64,000 nucleotides of DNA, taken from contig OZ059896.1 of NCBI GenBank assembly GCA_964057225.1, positions 11,718,001 through 11,782,000 of the forward strand, in the 5' to 3' direction. The translations under genes and the position numbers were made by a program. The notes below the pieces were generated by a model, which was not told the origin of the DNA, did no database searches, and saw only the letters and a program-made list of their open reading frames with translations. The stretch is from Auanema rhodensis. Taxonomy: Eukaryota; Animalia; Nematoda. This document shows positions 25,103 through 35,101 of the stretch, piece after piece; the first letter of the stretch is position 1, and each line of letters begins with the position of its first letter.

Positions 25103-27607
25103 GAATTAAATAAAAGAGATGGAGTGAAATGGTTTCGAAAATACAAAATATTTAAATGTTTCAGTTTTTGATCATCACAATATTGAAATTTAAATGTTTT
25201 TTAAAGATTAAAAATTTAAAAAATGAAATTATGAAATAGTGGTAGAAATATAAAATTGTTTAAAATATGGAATTAAATAAAAGAGATGGAATGAAATGGT
25301 TTAGAAAATACAAAATATTCAAATGTTTCAGTTTTTGAGCATCACAATATTGAAATTTAAATGTTTCTCAATGATTAAAAATTTAAAAAATGAAATTATG
25401 AAATAGTGGTAGAAATATAAAATTGTTCAAAATATGGAATTAAATAAAAGAGATGGAATGAAATGGTTTAGAAAATACAAAATATTTAAATGTTTCAGTT
25501 TTTGATCATCACAATATTGAAATTTAAATGTTTTTTAATGATTAAAAATTAAAAAAATTAAGTTATGAATTCGTGGTAGAAATATAAAATGTTTAAAATA
25601 TGGAATTAAATAAAAGAGATGGAATGAAATGGTTTAGAAAATACAAAATATTCAAATGTTTCAGTTTTTGAGCATCACAATATTGAAATTTAAATGTTTT
25701 TTAAAGATTAAAAATTTAAAAAATGAAATTATGAAATAGTGGTAGAAATATAAAATTGTTCAAAATAGGGAATTAAATAAAAGAGATGGAATGAAATGGT
25801 TTAGAAAATACAAAATATTCAAATGTTTCAGTTTTTGAGCATCACAATATTGAAATTTAAATGTTTTTTAAAGATTAAAAATTTAAAAAATGAAATTATG
25901 AAATAGTGGTAGAAATATAAAATTGTTCAAAATAGGGAATTAAATAAAAGAGATGGAATGAAATGGTTTAGAAAATACAAAATATTCAAATGTTTCAGTT
26001 TTTGAGCATCACAATATTGAAATTTAAATGTTTCTCAATGATTAAAAATTTAAAAAATGAAATTATGAAATAGTGGTAGAAATATAAAATTGTTCAAAAT
26101 ATGGAATTAAATAAAAGAGATGGAATGAAATGGTTTAGAAAATACAAAATATTTAAATGTTTCAGTTTTTGATCATCACAATATTGAAATTTAAATGTTT
26201 TTTAATGATTAAAAATTTAAAAAATGAAATTATGAAATCGTGGTAGAAATATAAAATTGTTTAAAATATGGAATTAAATAAAAGAGATGGAGTGAAATGG
26301 TTTCGAAAATACAAAATTTTTAAATGTTTCAGTTTTTGATCATCACAATATTGAAATTTAAATGTTTTTTAATGATTAAAAATTTAAAAAATTAAGTTAT
26401 GAATTCGTGGTAGAAATATAAAATGTTTAAAATATGGAATTTAATGAAAAAGATGGAGTGAAATGGTTTCGAAAATACAAAATATTTAAATGTTTCAGTT
26501 TTTGATCATCACAATATTGAAATTTAAATGTTTTTTAAAAATTAAAAATTTAAAAAATGAATTTATGAAATAGTGGTAGAAATATAAAATTGTTCAAAAT
26601 ATGGAATTAAATAAAAGAGATGGAATGAAATGGTTTAGAAAATACAAAATATTCAAATGTTTCAGTTTTTGAGCATCACAATATTGAAATTTAAATGTTT
26701 CTCAATGATTAAAAATTTAAAAAATGAAATTATGAAATAGTGGTAGTAATATAAAATTGTTTAAAATATGGAATTAAATAAAAGAGATGGAGTGAAATGG
26801 TTTCGAAAATACAAAATTTTTAAATGTTTCAGTTTTTGATCATCACAATATTGAAATTTAAATGTTTTTTAATGATTAAAAATTTGAAAAATTAAGTTAT
26901 GAATTCGTGGTAGAAATATAAAATGTTTAAAATATGGAATTAAATAAAAGAGATGGAATGAAATGGTTTAGAAAATACAAAATATTCAAATGTTTCAGTT
27001 TTTGAGCATCACAATATTGAAATTTAAATGTTTTTTAAAGATTAAAAATTTAAAAAATGAAATTATGAAATAGTGGTAGAAATATAAAATTGTTTAAAAT
27101 ATGGAATTAAATAAAAGAGATGGAATGAAATGGTTTAGAAAATACAAAATATTCAAATGTTTCAGTTTTTGAGCATCACAATATTGAAATTTAAATGTTT
27201 CTCAATGATTAAAAATTTAAAAAATGAAATTATGAAATAGTGGTAGAAATATAAAATTGTTTAAAATATGGAATTAAATAAAAGAGATGGAGTGAAATGG
27301 TTTCGAAAATACAAAATATTTAAATGTTTCAGTTTTTGAGCATCACAATATTGAAATTTAAATGTTTTTTAATGATTAAAAATTTGAAAAATGAAATTAG
27401 GAAATAGTGGTAGAAATATAAAATTGTTTTAAATATGGAATTAAATAAAAGAGATGGAGTGAAATGGTTTAGAAAATACAAAATATTTAAATGTTTCAGT
27501 TTTTGAGCATCACAATATTGAAATTTAAATGTTTTTTAATGATTAAAAATTTGAAAGTGAAATTATGAAATAGTGGTAGAAATATAAAATTGTTTAAAAT
27601 ATGGAAT

Positions 27608-28016
27608 TGTTGTAGTTAAATATACGACTAGTATATCGATTCCACTTTTTATATATATTTGATCTCGTTGACCAGGTGTTTTCCCGCTCTTTCTATACTA
27701 TATAAGGGATGCCTGTAGCTCTATAGTCAGTTATCTAGACTGTGACTGCTCTCTGAAGGTCCGAATCGTCGTTGCTTTAAAGGAAACCTATTCTTTTTTG
27801 TTCCTATTCTTTTTTTTTATTATTTTACAAGTTATAACTAGGGGTCGTAATACACACACACTTTTTGTTCTTATAATAGCTCATTATTGAGTTACAGCAT
27901 TTAGTTTTAATATTTGTATTGGTTCTGTTTAATTTTTTGAGTTTCTTCTTTTAATAAAGGGCTTTTCTAAAGTCAAACTTTCAAAATTACATTCGCAGTA
28001 CGCCAAAACCATCACA
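27608..28016 (+). mobile_element. Gypsy-A solo LTR 9 (C variant)
   Basis: 409 bp, GAAT TSD. Confidence 0.97.
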
Positions 28017-29491
28017 GAATTAAATAAAAGAGATGGAGTGAAATGGTTTCGAAAATACAAAATATTTAAATGTTTCAGTTTTTGATCATCACAATATTGA
28101 AATTTAAATGTTTTTTAATGATTAAAAATTTGAAAAATGAAATTATGAAATAGTGGTAGAAATATAAAATTGTTCAAAATATGGAATTAAATAAAAGAGA
28201 TGGAGTGAAATGGTTTAGAAAATACAAAATATTTAAATGTTTCAGTTTTTGATCATCACAATATTGAAATTTAAATGTTTTTTAATGATTAAAAATTTAA
28301 AAAATTAAGTTATGAATTCGTGGTAGAAATATAAAATGTTTAAAATATGGAATTTAATGAAAGAGATGGAGTGAAATGGTTTCGAAAATACAAAATATTT
28401 AAATGTTTCAGTTTTTGATCATCACAATATTGAAATTTAAATGTTTTTTAATGATTAAAAATTTGAAAAATTAAGTTATGAATTCGTGGTAGAAATATAA
28501 AATGTTTAAAATATGGAATTTAATGAAAGAGATGGAGTGAAATGGTTTCGAAAATACAAAATATTTAAATGTTTCAGTTTTTGATCATCACAATATTGAA
28601 ATTTAAATGTTTTTTAATGATTAAAAATTTGAAAAATGAAATTATGAAATAGTGGTAGAAATATAAAATTGTTTAAAATATGGAATTTAATGAAAGAGAT
28701 GGAGTGAAATGGTTTCGAAAATACAAAATTTTTAAATGTTTCAGTTTTTGATCATCACAATATTGAAATTTAAATGTTTTTTAATGATTAAAAATTTAAA
28801 AAATTAAGTTATGAATTCGTGGTAGAAATATAAAATGTTTAAAATATGGAATTTAATGAAAGAGATGGAGTGAAATGGTTTCGAAAATACAAAATATTTA
28901 AATGTTTCAGTTTTTGATCATCACAATATTGAAATTTAAATGTTTTTTAATGATTAAAAATTTGAAAAATGAAATTATGAAATAGTGGTAGAAATATAAA
29001 ATTGTTTAAAATATGGAATTTAATGAAAGAGATGGAGTGAAATGGTTTCGAAAATACAAAATTTTTAAATGTTTCAGTTTTTGAGCATCACAATATTGAA
29101 ATTTATATGTTTTTTAATGATTAAAAATTTAAAGAATGAAATTATGAAATAGTGGTAGAATTATAAAATTGTTTAAAATATGGAATTAAATAAAAGAGAT
29201 GGAGTGAAATGGTTTAGAAAATACAAAATATTTAAATGTTTCAGTTTTTGAGCATCACAATATTGAAATTTAAATGTTTTTTAATGATTAAAAATTTGAA
29301 AGTGAAATTATGAAATAGTGGTAGAAATATAAAATTGTTCAAAATATGGAATTAAATAAAAGATATGAAGTGGAATGGTTTAGAAAATACAAAATATTTA
29401 AATGTTTCAGTTTTTGAGCATCACAATATTGAAATTTAAATGTTTTTCAATGATTAAAAATTTAAAAAATGAAATTATGAAATAGTGGTAG

Positions 29492-31533
29492 GTATGGTGT
29501 ACAACAGGGACAAGCCACCTTAGTACAAATACAGCCCAATGCACATAAAACTTTACTGATAAGTTCACATGAGCAGATACCGAATCTAATAGTTATGCCG
29601 GATGAGGTTAAGGTCTCTCTGATCTGATCTGATAATAGTGAACGGTACACTCACTCTCTTCTTAGTTCTCGAAAAAAATATCTCGAACATAATACATTTA
29701 ACAGCTTCTACTGAGGAATGACCAACTACCGAGAGTGATATATTGTCAATAGGGATAGCGTCTATCATAAATGACTGTACATCAATTCCTTTGATTATAA
29801 GATCCTCTAGTATTCTTGTTGATAAAACAGATACTTGTGCACCACTATCAACTAGCGCACGGAACTCTTGTCCACACAGTTCTATTGTTTCCCACGGCAA
29901 TTGTTGAAGTACTGGTGTCTTGGGTGCTAGGTGGCTCTGTGGTACCTGCTGTAACAGAATGTCTACTTCCTTCTTAACATTCCTTCCGTATTCTTTTGCT
30001 TGAACATGCCGTACTGCTGCAGTTCGTTTTGGACAATCTTTCTTCAGATGTGAAGTTTCTTGACAAATGTAACATTTGAATTGACGCGGTGTGGCCAACA
30101 CATCTGTATTTGGTTTGGTTATCCGATCATGTGCTGAACCTTCCTTTTTCTTATCACGATATGACTTATCACGACCATACCTGTGACTTGGCTGTTTCTT
30201 TCTGAGATGTCACAGGAGCTCTCATGGTGGCCCACAGTTTCAGTTCTCCATACAGTCCCGTTGGGTCTGGTCGTGCAATCCAACTCTTTATCACTGCTGT
30301 TTGTGGCCAATCTTCTATCTGTTGATATAATCTCATTGCTAAGTCATGAGATGAAGATATGTCTTGTGTCTCCGGATGTATTTTAAGAAACAATTCTTCC
30401 AGCTTGGCACAATATCCTGTGACATTATTATTCCTCATAGTTAGCTTTTCTAACGCTTTAGTAGCATTATACCTATCTATACCTTGCCTTTCAGCCATAG
30501 CTTGCACGAACTTTGTAATCTGTTCGTCGAGATTGTCAGCCCTTGAAGCTTTATACACTTGCAACGCTATTCCTTGGAGCGATTCCTGAAGAAACTTTGA
30601 GAAACTATGTAGGTCATTCCACTTATCTGTTGGATATTGCTCATTAAAGTACTGCAAATGTCTTTGTACCGTACCGTGTTCACCCGAAAACTTTTCCAAA
30701 CTTGGCAACATTTTCAACCTAGTCCAATAATCGTCAAAATGTTTACCTTGTGTGCAGACCGTATCCTTGATTTCCTGCAGCAACAGTCTCAGTTCTTCTG
30801 CTGGACTGGATGAGGTTGTCAACGTTGGTGGAGGTGGCGTGCTCTGTCTAAGAATACTAGATATACCTTTATCTATACTTAGGGACGCGCTTCTCACTCC
30901 GCGAGCGTTCAACTCATCAAGCTCTTTTTTCAAGTTGTTTAACTTTTCCTGATCTGCTTGCCTTCTAGCAGTGTAACTATCAATCTGCTTTTGTGCGGCG
31001 ACTAACTCTCTAGTTAAGGTTTTAACTTGTTCAAAGGCTTTCTCCTTTTCACTACGTAAATCTTTTAGATTCTGTGTAGCCTCTATGAGTAAAATTTCGT
31101 GGCTCTCTTTCTCAGCCATCTCTAGCTGACCTTCTGGGTCTGCTCGTTTCTTTTCACTATCTTTCTGTGAAAGATACAATTCCAGGGTTCTGGGATCTTC
31201 TAATCCTCTCGCCTTTAGTATGAAATCAATTTCCGCTACTCTAGCTTGATTTTCTTCCAGCAGGGAAATATTTTCTCCGCTGCCTAACTACACAGAGAGT
31301 TCTCTCTCTATGTGTGTTAAATGATCCGTCATAGTGTCATACATTCTCATGAACGGTACCCCGCTCATAACTGTAGGTACGGATAGTTTATTAGGGTTAG
31401 CTACTTCCGCTATTAATCCCTCTGCGCTCAGCAGAATACTCTCTTTACAGCGCGATATCGCTTTCGATATAAATTCTATTACCTGGTTTTGTTCGTCATG
31501 GTCCTCCCTTCCCTCACTCATTTCATCGTCCAT
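29492..31533 (-). pseudogene. Gypsy-B gag-protease pseudogene
   Basis: ORFs 31288-31533 and 30169-31179 share a frame across one TAG. Coiled coil, LPSLEKFSG capsid-like start, frameshifts near 30180-30240, CYICQETSHLKKDC knuckle and ALVDSGAQVS protease. Confidence 0.9.
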
Positions 31534-31665
31534 GGTGATAGTAGTAACCTTTCGAACCTCAAACTTGGGTAATTAAACCGGCGATACAATTTAAAACAGT
31601 ATATAAGATTGAAGTAGACAAAAGAAATCACTTTTAAATCAACTTTTCTAAGACCCACTCAGTTA

Positions 31666-31677
31666 GTTCGGCCCCCA
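31666..31677 (-). promoter_or_regulatory. Primer-binding site, tRNA-Pro
   Basis: The minus strand reads LTR-end ...ttaca then TGGGGGCCGAAC, complementary to a nematode-type tRNA-Pro 3' end. Confidence 0.8.
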
Positions 31678-31938
31678 TGTAACGGATGTCTATCCGGTTC
31701 TTTTCTGAGTGTACGTATTAACAAAAATACGAGGTGGCCAAAAGAAAAGAATTTATTTAGTAACTTCAAAAAAAAAAATAGTAATAACTTCAAAAATAAA
31801 ACTGTGAACAAAAAGATTTGAACTCCTTAGTTCAAAGATACAACACAAAAAAAATATAACCAAGAGACAACAATCAAACTAAAAGTAAAACTTAAATTTT
31901 CCGCAGTCCGGATATACAGCCTCTCTCTATCCCCGTTT

Positions 31939-33036
31939 AAACTGAAACATTTAAATATTTTGTATTTTCTAAACCATTTCACTCCATCTCTTTTATTTAA
32001 TTCCATATTTTAAACAGTTTTATATTTTTACCACTATTTCATAATTTCATTTTTAAAATTTTTAATCATTAAAAAACATTTAAATTTCAATATTGTGATG
32101 CTCAAAAACTGAAACATTTAAATATTTTGTATTTTCTAAACCATTTCATTCCATCTGTTTTATTTAATTCCATATTTTAAACAATTTTATATTTCTACCA
32201 CTATTTCATAATTTCATTTTTCAAATTTTTAATCATTAAAAAACATTTAACTTTCAATATTGTGATGCTCAAAAACTGAAACATTTAAATATTTTGTATT
32301 TTCTAAATCATTTCACTCCATCTAGTTTATTTAATCCCATATTTTAAACAATTTTATATTTCTACCACTATTTCATAATTCCATTTTTTAAATTTTTAAT
32401 CTTTAAAAAACATTTAAATTTCAATATTGTGATGCTCAAAAACTGAAACATTTAAATATTTTTGTAACGGATGTCTATCCGGTTCTTTTCTGAGTGTACG
32501 TATTAACAAAAATACGAGGTGGCCAAAAGAAAAGAATTTATTTAGTAACTTCAAAAAAAAATAGTAATAACTTCAAAAATAAAACTGTGAACAAAAAGAT
32601 TTGAACTCCTTAGTTCAAAGATACAACACAAAAAAAATATAACCAAGAGACAACAATCAAACTAAAAGTAAAACTTAAATTTTCCGCAGTCCGAATATAC
32701 AGCCTCTCTCTATCCCCTCTACTAGTGAGTATGCCTCTATTTCATAAAAGTGCGCGAAAAGAGGAGTTATCGTGTGATTTCGCCATAATTGATAAGTTAA
32801 CTTAAAAGCTGCCGCGTTTACGACTATCTGGGTGTTTACGATATGATAATTTGTCACGTGATGACTTAAACCCTTTTTTATATTTCCTCTCAGAACTAAA
32901 TCTATTTCTATATCCTTTACATTTTGTACTTTCTAAACCATTTCACTCCATCTATTTTATGCAATTCCATATTTTAAACAATTTTATATTTCTACCACGA
33001 ATTCATAACTTCATTTTTTAAATTTTTAATCATTAA
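31939..33036 (-). repeat. Short inverted block of 167-bp satellite, interrupted by the Gypsy-B solo LTR
   Basis: Reverse-complement monomers at 31939-32462 and 32922-33036, more diverged than the neighbouring arrays. Confidence 0.95.
32463..32921 (-). mobile_element. Gypsy-B complete solo LTR (459 bp), 4-bp TSD TTTT
   Basis: tgtaacgg...tttaca, flanked by atatttt| and |ttttgta. The satellite resumes in register. Confidence 0.93.
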
Positions 33037-35101
33037 GGAAGCAGGAAGCTGAAAGGGTGTTATTCCAAACATGTAGAAGCTGGAACTGCTGAAGAATTCA
33101 AAAGTTTCATGAACAGGTAGTTTATTTTTATCTTTATCTTTTTCTTGACATCAACTTATTCTGACTTCTGTATAGGTCGCGAATTAACAACAAAACTGGA
33201 TCGGCTCTTGATTTACTAGAGGAGTTTACAAATATGAAGATGCTGCCTGCTGAAAATCTGGTGAATTCATGTGAACTGGAGAACGAGGATTAGCTTTCCG
33301 ATGATAAGCTACCGCATTTTGTGAGTATACATTCCGTTTCGTTTTGTTATCCTTTTTTGCAGAATGGCGTGAAATATTCCTGCCGAATGACTCAATGCAA
33401 GCTGATAGATGAGTTGCTTTACTACGTGAGTGATGTTGAAGAGCATTCTCTCCTTGCAGCCCTGGCGCAAAAAAATGATGGGTTTCCCATATCCAGTTTG
33501 AAAAAGCAGAGATATAGAAGCAACGACACCAGGGTGAGCCATTGTACATATTGTATATAACAGTTATTATCATCAGAGGCAAGGTGCAACAACGGTTAAG
33601 TCCGGAACGTTTACAAGCTTTGCTTCTCTTCTCTACTACACAATGCGTGTAGCACAGAAGAAGGATGTTTCTTTGAAGGATATGATAGGCTGAGGTGAAG
33701 TTTTCTCGATATTTTTTTATTTTCTCCATTTGCAGTGCATCAAAAAGATTGAAGTGAAAGTTGACATGATGACGAACGAGACATCGATGAACTCAATATT
33801 GCAGTTTGCTTATGAGACAAACAGAGCTTTTCGGATTCTGGAAACTTCTAATAATTTCAACAAGGAAGATCTATATATGTGTGCGAAGTCAATCTGCAAA
33901 TTGAAGAACATAGTTGAGTCAGTTAAGTATTCTTTGAAATAAAACTATATGATTTAAAATTACAGAGGTTGATTCAAGAGCGTATGCTACGAAAAATGCT
34001 CACGAAGATCCCAACGTTCTATTCCCTTTACCGGAAATTCAAAGATTTTGCAACATCTAGGTTGCAAAATATGATTGATTACTGCCCTCTATTGAAGGAC
34101 GAAAAGGTAAGTTATTTACATAATTTTTTTAAAGAAACATGTTGAAGGATAAAAGAAAATTTGTCGAAAGATGTCCGTGCTGTTATGTTATTTTCTGTTA
34201 TTCAACTTGGGGTTGAGAAGTGAAATTTTTTATAAAATTAAGTTGAAAGATGTAACGGATGCCCTCGATAGAGAATCTCTTGGTCCGCCCTTGATCAAGT
34301 TTGATTCAAAAAACGGTTATTACCTTTATGTGGTGATGAACCCCGAACTTAAAGAAACTTTTGAATTTTACATTGAGATGAGGTGTGAAAGGTTTGACAT
34401 GTACGTATAACAATTGATGTTTAAGACGGGAACTGTATCCGGAGATTCCTTATCTGTTTAGCCTTTCAAGTCACGACAATTTGAACAAGGCGATGGATTC
34501 TTTACCAGAAATGGAGGAAGAGATGAAAAGATCAATGGATATTCGAAGATCATATGTATTCGCTATAGATGCTTTCCAATCAGAAGAGGAAACCGTGAGA
34601 AAACTTTTAGCACAATGTCATGCCCAGGTCCAAGGGCATTCGATGCAGGTAACTTTTTAATGACAAAAATAATTGTAACAAGTTCAATAGACTAGGAAAA
34701 ACCACTACTCCTATTTGACCGAAGAGGCCGCTCTTTTATCCTTGGTAGGAGACACTGGTAGGAGCAGTGGAAATAGATCAGGTTTGCGTTACTTCAGCTC
34801 GGGGTTGCTTGGGAGGTTACCTCCTCATTAAGGGAGGACAATTGTTCGCGGACCAAGCGAGAAAGATCCTAAAAACATACAAGACCGATTTAATTTCTAA
34901 TGGGATTCATCCATCCTGGGGAGAATTCCCAAAATTAGTTAACTTCCCTCAAACAGACGCGCTACGTCGGGATGCCTCATTTCAACCCCCGGTGTGTAAA
35001 GGATATAGAAATAGATTTAGTTCTGAGAGGAAATATAAAAAGGGGTTTAAGTCATCAGGTGACAAATTATCATATCGTAAACACCCAGATAGTCGTAAAA
35101 A
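33037..35101 (+). pseudogene. Intron-containing tyrosine recombinase gene (Crypton-like), decayed and end-truncated
   Basis: GT-AG introns at about 33117-33175, 33321-33362, 33534-33576, 33695-33735, 33922-33965, 34107-34147/34155, 34383-34425 and 34649-34690. The spliced protein has LLFNLGLRSEIFYKIKLKDV, DSKNG, FYIEMRRELYPEIPYLF, SMDIRRSY and QGHSMQTRKNHY. Confidence 0.82.

Larger units (their letters stand above)
15628..29491 (+). repeat. 167-bp satellite sub-family B interspersed with nine Gypsy-A solo LTRs
   Basis: Tandem monomers of 166-167 bp between the LTR copies. Confidence 0.98.
29492..31934 (-). mobile_element. Truncated Ty3/Gypsy element (family B): partial 5' LTR, PBS, gag, protease
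   Basis: LTR part 31678-31934 matches 32463-~32717. PBS follows on the minus strand. Both ends are broken by satellite. Confidence 0.92.

Noticed and set aside
15628-28016. Repeat/spacer alternation resembling a CRISPR array
   Set aside because: The units are 167-bp satellite and near-identical 409-bp LTRs, not unique spacers. There are no cas genes and the context is eukaryotic.
16133-28016. Nine independent site-specific integrations
   Set aside because: The alternating SNP pattern and ~1994-bp periodicity are better explained by tandem co-amplification of one insertion.
11159-31533. Gag-protease fragment (29492-31934) as the missing gag of the element at 10769-15627
   Set aside because: The LTR sequences are unrelated and both carry their own, dissimilar protease C-terminal region, so these are two families.
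33226-33729. 167-aa minus-strand ORF
   Set aside because: Antisense to the spliced recombinase gene, whose plus-strand intron signals and motifs explain the region.
33037-35101. DIRS/PAT retroelement or bacterial/phage integrase contamination
   Set aside because: It has multiple spliceosomal introns, and no RT, RNase H or split direct repeats are visible in the segment.
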